In this document: positions 8,748-18,525 of the stretch, in pieces
Numbering within the stretch: position 1 is the first letter of the stretch
How the letters are laid out: each line of letters opens with the position of its first letter
Virus record (IMG/VR): IMGVR_UViG_3300025141_000018
From: a virus
Taxonomy: Duplodnaviria; Caudoviricetes
Reading direction: 5' to 3' (one strand)
Length of the DNA stretch: 64,000 bases
The notes under the pieces: model-generated
Database searches by the model: none
What the model saw: only the letters and a program-made list of their open reading frames with translations
What the model was told of the DNA's origin: nothing
Position numbers and translations under genes: made by a program

Positions 8748-10380
8748 TTATAATTTTGTTTTTGAAAAAGACGATGTTGGTAATTTTTTAAAAAATAATC
8801 CTTTTGTTTTTAGCGTAGAAAATAACCAGGTTAATTACATAAAAAGAGCAACTGAGGTATTTTTTTATAAAATTAATTATGGAGCATATAGAAATCATAA
8901 AAATTACAATACTATTAAAAATATTACTCACCATCATATAAATTTTAATATAACAGATTTAGAAGATTTACCAGAAAAAGATTATTGTTATTATTATATA
9001 TCTTTTAATGTAATGTATGGTATGTTTCTACCACAAGGCTATGCTTCTAATAAAAGTAATGTAGAAAAAACAAGTAAAGAAGAAATTTTATCAACTTTGG
9101 AGAATAATTGTAAGTTTATTCTTCCAGATAAAATTAAAAAATTATTAGATAAAGATAAATGTAAAATTATTTTAGATACTTCCAAAGAAGGGGTCGGACA
9201 TATCTTACAATGGGATAAATTTTTTAAACTTACAAATTTAACACCTAATCAAGTTATACATACAACTGGAGATGTTTTATTAGGAAGTAACATTAGTATT
9301 CCGACTACATTTTATAATCAATGGGAAAGAAGCGTTGCAACATTATCATTTTCAAGACACCAGGAAGTAATACATAAATTAAAAGAATTAATATTAACTA
9401 AAGAGAAACGAAAATGGTATGGTTTATGTCTAAACAGAGTTACAAAACCCCACAGAATAGAAATTTGTAAATTTGCTGCCGAAAATTTACCAAATAAAAT
9501 AGATTATAGTTTTGGTTTGTTTAGTTGGAATACTTCGTTTGAACGAGATAAACAAACCGACAAGCCGTTAGATACCGCATTGTTTCAAGAATGGAAATAT
9601 CGTATAGCCAATGATACTGCTAGTTATTTTGCAACTCCAGCCGATGTTAAAGAATATTTTACATGGTTATCTGAACACGACGAAAAATCCAGTGATTTAG
9701 AACCCAACATACCATTTAGTCGTAATATGGTAACTTTTTTTAATCATAATTCATATTATAATTCTTATTTTAGTATTGTATGTGAAACATTTTATGAACA
9801 ACAAGGTGCCTTGTTTGTATCTGAAAAAATTTTTAAACCTATAGCATATTTACAACCATTTATTGTAATTGGCCAAGCATATGTTATAGAATATATGAGG
9901 CATTTAGGGTATGATGTATTTGATGATATAATAGATCATTCATATGATAAAATAGTAAATCCTAGACATAGAATGGATAAAATAAAAGAAGAATTAATTA
10001 GACTATGTCGTATATCATTAGACCAATGGTCTGATATTTTACATCATATATTTCCTAGATTATATAGCAATTATCATCATTTAAATTTAGCATTTTATAG
10101 AGATGATAAATTTCATATGCCTGTTCATGTAAATGAACCAAAATATTACGAACCAATACATTCTTTTGAAACAAAAGAAAAGTATAGAAAATTATCTAGT
10201 TTGCTTAATTCTAAAGTAGAACTATCTAACTCATTTTATTCGTCGTTGTATTCTAATATGGAATATGCCAATTCGACAGCCAGGACATACACTAATGAAA
10301 TATATAATTATCTTTCATTAAATAAAAACATAACTAATTCTTATTATAATAAAAACTATAATTATGATAGAACAACATAA
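8740..10380 (+). CDS. GT10 (fucosyltransferase)-like GT-B protein, copy 1 of 4
   Basis: LCLNR..KPHR, SIVCETF, FVSEKIFKPI...PFIVIG, GYDVFDDIIDHSYD; recalls the GT10 YxTEK...PIxxG motif. Confidence 0.5.
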   Translation: MHNYNFVFEKDDVGNFLKNNPFVFSVENNQVNYIKRATEVFFYKINYGAYRNHKNYNTIKNITHHHINFNITDLEDLPEKDYCYYYISFNVMYGMFLPQGYASNKSNVEKTSKEEILSTLENNCKFILPDKIKKLLDKDKCKIILDTSKEGVGHILQWDKFFKLTNLTPNQVIHTTGDVLLGSNISIPTTFYNQWERSVATLSFSRHQEVIHKLKELILTKEKRKWYGLCLNRVTKPHRIEICKFAAENLPNKIDYSFGLFSWNTSFERDKQTDKPLDTALFQEWKYRIANDTASYFATPADVKEYFTWLSEHDEKSSDLEPNIPFSRNMVTFFNHNSYYNSYFSIVCETFYEQQGALFVSEKIFKPIAYLQPFIVIGQAYVIEYMRHLGYDVFDDIIDHSYDKIVNPRHRMDKIKEELIRLCRISLDQWSDILHHIFPRLYSNYHHLNLAFYRDDKFHMPVHVNEPKYYEPIHSFETKEKYRKLSSLLNSKVELSNSFYSSLYSNMEYANSTARTYTNEIYNYLSLNKNITNSYYNKNYNYDRTT

Positions 10381-10861
10381 ATGTTTAATTATTATTGATC
10401 CGTGGGCTCGGCATGGTCCTGGAGAAACATATACAAAAATAATTTTATTATTAGAAAAAATAAAATATCCTGTTGTTATGGTTAATTATGACGAACCGCC
10501 TTATACATATATAGAACGAGCATGTAGAAATGGTACTAATCAAATGCCATATAATAACGGGGTTGATAGTTATAATTATAGCAATAGAATAACAACAAAT
10601 GATGAGTCAATTTTTTTGCGTTTTTTAATGCATAATAATATAACAGAATTATACTATTGTGGTGTTAGTTTTCCTGGTTGTGTTTGGCATCGACAATTAG
10701 GTATGCAATACATGAAAGATAAATTTAAATGTAATGTTGTAATTGATTTATGTGATAATAATTATACGCAAGGATCAACTGTTGATAAAATACATGCCCA
10801 ATATAAATTTGCCAAATTTAGGAATATTCCTGTAAAACATTCAAATGAAATATATTCATAA
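10364..10861 (+). CDS. Isochorismatase-like cysteine hydrolase fold protein
   Basis: LIIIDPW and ELYYCGVSFPGCV (Asp...Cys pattern); paralog of 17150..17698. Confidence 0.5.
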   Translation: MIEQHKCLIIIDPWARHGPGETYTKIILLLEKIKYPVVMVNYDEPPYTYIERACRNGTNQMPYNNGVDSYNYSNRITTNDESIFLRFLMHNNITELYYCGVSFPGCVWHRQLGMQYMKDKFKCNVVIDLCDNNYTQGSTVDKIHAQYKFAKFRNIPVKHSNEIYS

Positions 10862-12101
10862 TAAATTTTATTATTATTTTAAGAAATCAACAACAAATTA
10901 TAATATTTTAGGACGTGGATATTTCGGAAATCCTATTCAAGAATCTTTTTATTATGATGCAATTCCTCAATATCAAATACCTAAAGATAAGTATTCTTTA
11001 ATGTTTTGCATAAATCATAAAAAAATAAATGAATGGATAGATAATAAATTTAAAAAAATATCGTTATCAAATAATATTATTGATGACGTTAATAATGATA
11101 AATGTAACATTTTATTAAATCATAGCCACGAACCTTTTAATAATTTGCCTTTTGATCAAATAAAAAATCAATTTATAAATGTAAAGCAAGATAATTTAAT
11201 ATGGATAACAGGCGATAGTAATTTAAATATGTCTAATGAAATATCATCAACTTGGACAAATATTTTTGAAAGATTAACATATATGTTATTTCAAGGAAGT
11301 AACATAGCTAGAGAAGATTGGGTAGAATTGTTAGTGCAACAACATAACCGAATAACAAATAGAACTAATAGAAAACATAAATTATTATTATATATGCGTC
11401 GTCCTAAACCATGGAGGATTGCATTAATGAGTAAAATGTTTGAAAATAGTCTTGTTGAATCACAAGAAACAATCATATCCTGGGGAGGATCTTCTGGTAG
11501 CGGGTATAAAGAAACAACAAAATCTTCATGGGCTACATCATTAGATAGTATTAGAAATATTAATACTACTTGTTCCCAACAAGTATTGGATAAAATTTTA
11601 GATATTCAACATCCAATAAAATTAATAGGAAAAGAAAAAGTATTTCCTGACTTTACTATAGGTAAAAATCATAATTATCTTGTTTCGTCTATAGCAACTC
11701 CTTCACCGACATTAGATATAAACGATGTTGTTAATACATATTTTCAAATAGTATCTGAGGCCAGAATAGATAATAATATAGGTTTTATAACAGAAAAAAT
11801 ATATAAAACAATAGCAAGTATGCAACCATTTGTAATTTTTGGACCACCTAATACAGTAACATTTTTAGAAAATCAAGGATATAAAATTAAAAATAATTTT
11901 ATAGATCATAGTTACGATAAAATAGAAACAACAGAAAAAAGATTTAATGCATTATGGGCTGAAATCGAAAGATTAATGAAATTATCTCATAAGGAATGGG
12001 CAGATATTTTATATAATTTGTTACCAGACTTACTATACAATATTAATAATTTTCAGAAATGTTTTCATAGATTATATAATGAAAAATATATTGCAGAATA
12101 A
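10845..12101 (+). CDS. GT10-like protein, copy 2 of 4
   Basis: RRPKPWR, QIVSEA, FITEKIYKTIASMQPFVIFG, FIDHSYD. Confidence 0.5.
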   Translation: MKYIHNKFYYYFKKSTTNYNILGRGYFGNPIQESFYYDAIPQYQIPKDKYSLMFCINHKKINEWIDNKFKKISLSNNIIDDVNNDKCNILLNHSHEPFNNLPFDQIKNQFINVKQDNLIWITGDSNLNMSNEISSTWTNIFERLTYMLFQGSNIAREDWVELLVQQHNRITNRTNRKHKLLLYMRRPKPWRIALMSKMFENSLVESQETIISWGGSSGSGYKETTKSSWATSLDSIRNINTTCSQQVLDKILDIQHPIKLIGKEKVFPDFTIGKNHNYLVSSIATPSPTLDINDVVNTYFQIVSEARIDNNIGFITEKIYKTIASMQPFVIFGPPNTVTFLENQGYKIKNNFIDHSYDKIETTEKRFNALWAEIERLMKLSHKEWADILYNLLPDLLYNINNFQKCFHRLYNEKYIAE

Positions 12102-12840
12102 TACAATCGTTTTAACACAAATCCGTTCCGGAGGTACTGTTTTAGACTCGTTATTATCTCTCATTCATAAGAAAAAAAATATAGAATTTCATAATTTTTG
12201 GCAATATGTTCCTGATGCAGGTTCGCCTAAAGAATTGGAACAGCAATTTGAAAAAATATATGATAAAATTGCATTATTAAATGTAAAATGGAATATTCGA
12301 TTAATAATACCAGAATTAATAAATTTAAATAATGAAGGATATATTACAACGCCAGTGATATCAAAATTATTTAAAAAATTAATAACACCAGCAGTAAAAA
12401 TTTTTTTATATAGACAAGATATTGAGGATTGGTTTTTAAGTTATATAATTGCCGAAAAAACACAAGTATTTCATGTTAATGATATTAATAATAATTTAAA
12501 TTTAGATAAATCTTTTGATGTAAATGAAAACGAAATAATAAAATTTTTAGATACATTATTATTAACAAAAAATGTTTTTAATTTAATTGAAGATGATAAA
12601 ACAGTATATATAGAATATAATGATCTATTAAATAAAAAAATATTTTGTGAAGAATTAGGTATAACATTTACTGATAATGATAACACGTTTTTAGAAACAG
12701 ATAATAATGGATATCCAGTTAAAAAATTATATAGTAAAAATGAAAAAATAAATAGAATTAACAACTGGTCTAAAATTTCAAAAATTTTACATAATTATTG
12801 TAATTACCTCGGTTTTAACAATTCTTTTTTTTATGATTAA
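12079..12840 (+). CDS. Stf0-like sulfotransferase (P-loop)
   Basis: IVLTQIRSGGTVLDSLL (PAPS loop-like), IFLYRQD..DWFLS..IA..T.VF. Confidence 0.55.
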   Translation: MKNILQNNTIVLTQIRSGGTVLDSLLSLIHKKKNIEFHNFWQYVPDAGSPKELEQQFEKIYDKIALLNVKWNIRLIIPELINLNNEGYITTPVISKLFKKLITPAVKIFLYRQDIEDWFLSYIIAEKTQVFHVNDINNNLNLDKSFDVNENEIIKFLDTLLLTKNVFNLIEDDKTVYIEYNDLLNKKIFCEELGITFTDNDNTFLETDNNGYPVKKLYSKNEKINRINNWSKISKILHNYCNYLGFNNSFFYD

Positions 12841-13654
12841 AAATTGGCAAGAGCTATCATTTACTATAAAAGAACAACCTCGTTTTTATTCAGATTTTGA
12901 TTTTGATTTTACAGTAGAAAATGATATAATGAATATTAACATAAAAGCGAATCCTAGATGGGAAAATGTATTATCTGGTGATTTAAAAAATACATGGCAA
13001 CCTTTGGAAATATTTGAAAATGCCGTTAGCTATGGTTATGTTCCTTCCTTTGGTCATGTTGGTCGTATAATTAGGTTAGATTCTAATATAGGTTGGATTA
13101 ATATACCAAAAAATGCAAGCACTTCAATACGTAAAATAACAAACAGTTTTCGAACAGAAGGAATAGAAACAAAAGTTGAATGGCTTTTAAAATATAAAGA
13201 TTATAAATTATTTGCAGTATTACGAGATCCAATAGATAGGTTAAAATCAGGATTCAAACAATATATTGTAGAAAATCAATTTTTAATTCATAATATGAAT
13301 CATTTTAAGAAAAATATTGATAAAATTTTTTCTTATCCGAGAGATCCCCACATGCTCCCAAATTTTGTTTTTTTTAATAAATTAAAATTAAATGATATAC
13401 ATTTTATAATTGGTTTAGATAATGTTGATGTTAAAGTAATCAGTTGGTTAAAAAAACAAAACTTAGAAGTAGACAAAACAATATTTGAAAAAGTGTATGA
13501 AAACAACGCAATAAATAACAATAGAAAATCTGATTTTAAACCAATTATTGATAATTATATTGATACATTGGATGACAGTAGCGTATTAGCAAAGTTAATA
13601 AAAAAAGATTACGAATTTTTAAATATTATTAAAGAAAAATATTATGATTCTTAA
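12833..13654 (+). CDS. Sulfotransferase family 2-like protein
   Basis: WINIPKNASTSI (5'-PSB) and FAVLRDPIDRLKSG (3'-PB), DPHMLP. Confidence 0.7.
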   Translation: MIKNWQELSFTIKEQPRFYSDFDFDFTVENDIMNINIKANPRWENVLSGDLKNTWQPLEIFENAVSYGYVPSFGHVGRIIRLDSNIGWINIPKNASTSIRKITNSFRTEGIETKVEWLLKYKDYKLFAVLRDPIDRLKSGFKQYIVENQFLIHNMNHFKKNIDKIFSYPRDPHMLPNFVFFNKLKLNDIHFIIGLDNVDVKVISWLKKQNLEVDKTIFEKVYENNAINNNRKSDFKPIIDNYIDTLDDSSVLAKLIKKDYEFLNIIKEKYYDS

Positions 13655-14324
13655 AACTTTCGGTTGTAGCCACACATTTGGTTCTGAATTAACAGATCCA
13701 AGTAAAACCTCATGGCCAATTTTATTAGGTAAAAAATTAAATTTACCTGTAGAAAACCGGGGCGCCCCAGGGAATGCTAACGAGCATATAATTCATAATG
13801 CTATAACAGAATCTCCTGCTGATAAACAAGCAACAATTATTATATTAACAAGTCATGCACGTAGAGTTTATTGGCCAGAAACAGAACTAGAATGTCTAAA
13901 ACTGAAGCCACGCAAAAATGGAGAAAAAGAATATAGATCTTATTACGCAGAACCCAATCGAGTACTAGATAGCAGTTGGCAAAATTTTTTAGCTCGACGC
14001 AAAAATGGAGAGAAAGAATGGAACTATGGGTCAACACGGACCGAAGTATATCCGTTATGGCTTAAATATCATTATGATATATCGGCTGTGATAAAATACC
14101 ATCGATTTTTATTTAATTCATGTATAGAGTTACTAAAAGCTAGAGGGCATATTGTATATATTTTTAATGCGGGTAGTCGTATAGTTGAAAATGAATATAA
14201 TAGCCTCTTGTTCACGCAAATGGGACGACAAAATAATTTTCCTAGGGGACCAGGCAAGCATTATTTGGAAGAACTGCATGAGGCTTGGTCCGATCATGTT
14301 TATGAAATTATAAATGAAAAATAA
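13644..14324 (+). CDS. SGNH/GDSL-like protein
   Basis: FGCSHTFG, SWP..LG, ENRGAPGNAN, C-terminal H..E..H. Confidence 0.6.
   Translation: MILKTFGCSHTFGSELTDPSKTSWPILLGKKLNLPVENRGAPGNANEHIIHNAITESPADKQATIIILTSHARRVYWPETELECLKLKPRKNGEKEYRSYYAEPNRVLDSSWQNFLARRKNGEKEWNYGSTRTEVYPLWLKYHYDISAVIKYHRFLFNSCIELLKARGHIVYIFNAGSRIVENEYNSLLFTQMGRQNNFPRGPGKHYLEELHEAWSDHVYEIINEK
13911..14019 (+). repeat. 22-bp direct repeat (1 mismatch) flanking a patch shared with 16868..16904
   Basis: cgcaaaaatggagaaaaagaat at 13911-13932 and cgcaaaaatggagagaaagaat at 13998-14019; 13961-13997 is 36/37 identical to 16868-16904. Confidence 0.9.
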
Positions 14325-15048
14325 AAATATAATTATATTAACATATCCTAGAACAGGAGGAAATCTTTTAGATAGTTTGTTATTATCTAATGTTTATTTA
14401 AATGACCAATCAATACATTATCATACTGAATTTAATGTAAAAACTAGAGGTTTTTCGAAAACACATTGGGAGAAATATATTAGTACTAATAAAAAAAGTA
14501 ATTTTTTGTGTAGAATACATTACCCAAACAAACATTTTTTTTCTGTGAAAAATTCTTTTTTTATATTATTATATAGAACGGATATATTAGATTGGTTTCT
14601 GAGTAAAATAATAGCTGGAAGAACAGGAGTATTTCAATATAGAAATAAACATAAAATACCAGACGATATCCTTGTTGATCCTACAGAAAATGATATACGC
14701 AGAGAAATAACTAGATTGAGGGATTTTTCAAAATTTTATAAAAAAAATAAAGAAAAAATAGATTTAATAATAGATTATGATACACATTTAAAAACAGATA
14801 AATGTAAATTTGAATTTTTTAAAAAATCTATTTTTTGGCAAAAAGAACAAATAAATTATGATAATGAATTTAAAAAAATGTTAGAACTTGCAACCTCAGG
14901 AACTAGCAGGAACGATAATCGCCCATTACTTAAATATCTTTCTTTTGAAGAAAAAAAGAAAAAAATATTAAATTGGGATGAGTTTATATCCAAATTTACT
15001 AAAATTGCTTTTGATTTTGGTTTTTCTAATTTAAAATTTAATTTATAG
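14314..15048 (+). CDS. Stf0-like sulfotransferase, paralog of 12079..12840
   Basis: IILTYPRTGGNLLDSLL, LLYRTDILDWFLSKIIA. Confidence 0.55.
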   Translation: MKNKNIIILTYPRTGGNLLDSLLLSNVYLNDQSIHYHTEFNVKTRGFSKTHWEKYISTNKKSNFLCRIHYPNKHFFSVKNSFFILLYRTDILDWFLSKIIAGRTGVFQYRNKHKIPDDILVDPTENDIRREITRLRDFSKFYKKNKEKIDLIIDYDTHLKTDKCKFEFFKKSIFWQKEQINYDNEFKKMLELATSGTSRNDNRPLLKYLSFEEKKKKILNWDEFISKFTKIAFDFGFSNLKFNL

Positions 15049-15057
15049 AAAAATGTA

Positions 15058-16401
15058 ATGCTTGTAACTTACCCTAATTTTTTTAAAATTTATATAGATA
15101 AACAACTAAGTGGTTCTACCTTAGATTTTTATAAAAAAATACTGTTATCGTATAGTTATGCTAATCCCTTAGATAAAAATGTTCCGCAACCAGGCATTAT
15201 TTTTAAAGATATTGATGATAATTTTTTAATATTTGATCTTCTTAATACTTCTGGGACTACAGATGTTACTCTAGATAAAAAAATTAACGAAAATCCTTTT
15301 AAATTTTTTTATATTGATTTTTCTAGACTCATGATGCTTTTTCATTTTAGATCATCTAATACAATGAACCCTTTTTTAGAATGTTTAAGATTTGAGGTAA
15401 CAGACGAAGTAAAAACTATATTAAACAATAATACAGGAAAAATTTTAATAGATACCTCGACAGAGTGTATAAGAATGAAATATTTTAATTGGAAGTATTT
15501 TTTTAATCTTACTAAATTAAAACCTGAAAATTTTATTCTTATATCAGGTAACGCATCTAATCAAGTTGTAGCCAACACGATTATTCCTACAATATACAGA
15601 AATACTTGGGAACGGCGTACATTACATAATCATGGTTTGTATGATTTTGAAGTTGAAGTAAAAGTTGAACATATAATACATAGAAAACTTCCTAGATGGC
15701 ATGCATTATGTTTAAATAGGATAACTAAAATTCATAGAATTTATATATCTAACTTTATTAGTAAACATGGAAATTTAAGAAATAAAATAAATTATAGTTT
15801 TGGTTTAATTAAACCAGGAGAACATGAACATATTAAAAGCAAACCAGAAATTGATTCAGAAAAATGGAATCCGTGGATCAAAAATATAGAACATGAATGG
15901 TCTAATGTGTTTTCTGAACCGTTCGATGAAATAGAAAAATGGATGGTGTACCATCAAGAAAAATACCCAGAAGGTGATACTTTGGCTAATCATTCAATTA
16001 ATATGAATACTCAAATGTGTGCAGAAAACTATTATGATTCTGTTTTTAATATTGTTACTGAATCATTTATATCAGCTGGCGAAGTTTTTTTAACAGAGAA
16101 AATATTTAAACCTATAATATGGCATCAACCTTTTATAATTATAGGAAATCCAGGATCTATTGAATTTTTAAGAACAGACGGATTTGATGTATTTGATGAT
16201 ATAATCGACCATTCATATGATAATATAATAGAAGTACCAGAAAGATTTGAATATATTAAAAAAGAGATAATTCGATTATGTGATATACCAATAAGTGACT
16301 GGGTTGAGATTCTTTATCGTATACTACCTAGACTTAGAAAAAATTACAGTTTATTTAGAAGTGCTTCATCAAGACATAACATAGGAAATGAAATGTTATG
16401 A
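15058..16401 (+). CDS. GT10-like protein, copy 3 of 4
   Basis: LCLNRITKIHR, NIVTESF, FLTEKIFKPIIWHQPFIIIG, FDVFDDIIDHSYD. Confidence 0.5.
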   Translation: MLVTYPNFFKIYIDKQLSGSTLDFYKKILLSYSYANPLDKNVPQPGIIFKDIDDNFLIFDLLNTSGTTDVTLDKKINENPFKFFYIDFSRLMMLFHFRSSNTMNPFLECLRFEVTDEVKTILNNNTGKILIDTSTECIRMKYFNWKYFFNLTKLKPENFILISGNASNQVVANTIIPTIYRNTWERRTLHNHGLYDFEVEVKVEHIIHRKLPRWHALCLNRITKIHRIYISNFISKHGNLRNKINYSFGLIKPGEHEHIKSKPEIDSEKWNPWIKNIEHEWSNVFSEPFDEIEKWMVYHQEKYPEGDTLANHSINMNTQMCAENYYDSVFNIVTESFISAGEVFLTEKIFKPIIWHQPFIIIGNPGSIEFLRTDGFDVFDDIIDHSYDNIIEVPERFEYIKKEIIRLCDIPISDWVEILYRILPRLRKNYSLFRSASSRHNIGNEML

Positions 16402-17147
16402 ACCATAAATTTGTGTATATTGGTCCAAGTTGGGCTAAATTGAGCTATGACACTAGGCACGGCGATGAAAAGACTTCAACTAATTTATTAAAATTATGGA
16501 AATTAACTAATAACGCCGTTGATTTAACAAGGAAAAGCGCCGGTCCAACCGGTGCATTAAAATTATTACAAACAAGTCCGGCGTGCCGCCCCCAACTGCA
16601 AGAGTTAAAATTACCTATTATATATGTAACTTGTGAACCATTAACAGATATGGAGAGAGTCGATCTGTTTAAAAAAAATAAACACAGAAAACATTATAAG
16701 GTCGATCATAATTATGATTATATAGCACACGAAAAAGATATAATGAAATTTAGAAAACAATTATTAAAATCAGTATACAAAGAATTAAATTTGCTTGGTG
16801 TTAGAATAGGAATAATAGGCGCTCATACTGATTGTGAAAATGAAGAAAATATTTATGAAAATATAACAGTACTAGATAGAAGTTGGCAAAATTTTTTAGC
16901 TCGAGAAGCAGGTATATCTGAACGTAAATACAATTGGGGTGCAGAAGTATTTCATAGGCATATACATCATAGTAGCAATAATCCCATTGATCGTCAAACA
17001 GTAATTGATGTAAGTAATCAATTTAAATTTTGGCGTGAATTAGAAGATGCTAAATTGATGTGTTGGTGCCATCCAACAACATTAGGTAATAAACTTTATG
17101 CAGAATATACATATAATAAGGTAATAGATTTTATAAACGAATATTAA
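16398..17147 (+). CDS. SGNH-like protein
   Basis: YIGPSW N-terminal motif, C-terminal CHPTTLGNKLYA. Confidence 0.5.
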   Translation: MNHKFVYIGPSWAKLSYDTRHGDEKTSTNLLKLWKLTNNAVDLTRKSAGPTGALKLLQTSPACRPQLQELKLPIIYVTCEPLTDMERVDLFKKNKHRKHYKVDHNYDYIAHEKDIMKFRKQLLKSVYKELNLLGVRIGIIGAHTDCENEENIYENITVLDRSWQNFLAREAGISERKYNWGAEVFHRHIHHSSNNPIDRQTVIDVSNQFKFWRELEDAKLMCWCHPTTLGNKLYAEYTYNKVIDFINEY

Positions 17148-17149
17148 AT

Positions 17150-17698
17150 ATGGCCAAACATCAAGGATTAGTAGTAGTAGATGCATGGGATTATGATGCT
17201 TATATTAAAAAACGTAATGAAATACCGTATTCCCCTGAATGTGCTAAAGATGGTACCGAGTTTTCTATTTTTTTAAATAGAGTTTGTGAAAAAGAAAGAG
17301 CAAACGGCACAACAATAATTTTTGATATGGGATTTAATAAACTAACAGATAAAATTACTGTTGATGAAAAAACAGATTTAATATTACCATACATGTATGA
17401 AAATAATTATATGAATATAATACAAAAACGAGGAATTGACGAATTATATTTTTGTGGATTTCATTTTGGATTATGTATACATGATAAAATTGCCAACGTA
17501 AGTGAATTGACTGATTATAACGGTAAATTAGGCGTTATTATAAATTTAAGTATGTTATTACCAGTCGATACATTTAAAAGAAAGTTTGAGCGTTTTCATA
17601 AACCTAATAAACCCAGATATAAACCAAATCATGCATGGGATTATTATTTATGGACACCAAAATGTGAATTTGAAAAAATAGATATAAGTTTTCCATGA
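17150..17698 (+). CDS. Isochorismatase-like cysteine hydrolase fold protein
   Basis: LVVVDAW, ELYFCGFHFGLCI. Confidence 0.5.
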   Translation: MAKHQGLVVVDAWDYDAYIKKRNEIPYSPECAKDGTEFSIFLNRVCEKERANGTTIIFDMGFNKLTDKITVDEKTDLILPYMYENNYMNIIQKRGIDELYFCGFHFGLCIHDKIANVSELTDYNGKLGVIINLSMLLPVDTFKRKFERFHKPNKPRYKPNHAWDYYLWTPKCEFEKIDISFP

Positions 17699-17702
17699 CA
17701 AT

Positions 17703-18461
17703 ATGAAAAATATATTTTTATATGCTAATGGGTGTAGTCGTACCTGGGGCGGCGAATTATTTCACTCATTATTTGACAAAAATGATAATTTATTGGATTG
17801 TTATAATCCATCACCAATTAACAAAGCACGATTACAAGTTACTTGGCCTGGCATTCTATCAAAAAAATTAGGAGGGGACGGAACGACCGCCAGTTTTATA
17901 AATAATGCAATGGGATGCGGTAGTAATGAACGTATACTTAGAACAACAACAAACTTTTTTTTAAAGAATAAACCAGATAATCCTCTTGCAATTATTCAAT
18001 TTACAGATCCTATTCGAGGAGAATATTATGATGAAGATTTAGAAAAATGGTATCCATGGAAGGATAACTGTCTTGTTCTACCGCGTAAACTTAAAAATAA
18101 ACATGGTAAATTATATAAGTGTATAGAAGAATATATGGTTCTTGTTAAATATTCAAAACAATATTACGTTCTCTATCAACAAATGTTAGCCCTACATAAT
18201 TTTTTCAAATCTAATAATATACCTTATATTTTTATGAGCATTTATTTTGATCGCATAATAATTGAGGTTGAAAAAATGTGTAAAAAGGAAAAACTACCCA
18301 TGGATATTTTTAATTTTATTAAAGAACCACACGGAACTATTAAACTGGATAAAGAGTATGTCTTTCCCTCAAACCATCCTAATGAAAAAGGACATATTAA
18401 AATTGCAGATATTTTATATAATGAAATACAACTATTGGCCAAATACTGGCAGTATCATTGA
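17703..18461 (+). CDS. SGNH-like protein
   Basis: YANGCSRTWG, TWPG.L, NNAMGCGSNERI, HPNEKGH. Confidence 0.6.
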   Translation: MKNIFLYANGCSRTWGGELFHSLFDKNDNLLDCYNPSPINKARLQVTWPGILSKKLGGDGTTASFINNAMGCGSNERILRTTTNFFLKNKPDNPLAIIQFTDPIRGEYYDEDLEKWYPWKDNCLVLPRKLKNKHGKLYKCIEEYMVLVKYSKQYYVLYQQMLALHNFFKSNNIPYIFMSIYFDRIIIEVEKMCKKEKLPMDIFNFIKEPHGTIKLDKEYVFPSNHPNEKGHIKIADILYNEIQLLAKYWQYH

Positions 18462-18496
18462 TTTATGTAATAATAATTATACGCAAGAATTAACTG
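18457..18496 (+). pseudogene. 40-bp remnant of an isochorismatase-like gene 3' region
   Basis: 37/40 identical to 10742-10781; reads IDLCNNNYTQ versus IDLCDNNYTQ; sits in the gap before ugd. Confidence 0.7.
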
Positions 18497-18525
18497 AAAA
18501 GATAAAAATATATAAAGGATAAATT

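Noticed and set aside
17181-17644. 14-bp exact direct repeat atgcatgggattat (AWDY twice) within one gene
   Set aside because: About one such match is expected by chance in 64 kb of low-complexity AT-rich DNA; no supporting structure.
10742-18496. Diversity-generating retroelement (TR/VR) explanation for the near-identical 37-40-bp patches
   Set aside because: The patches are much shorter than typical TRs, one mismatch is C/T rather than at A, there are only 4 mismatches in total, and no reverse transcriptase is in the window.
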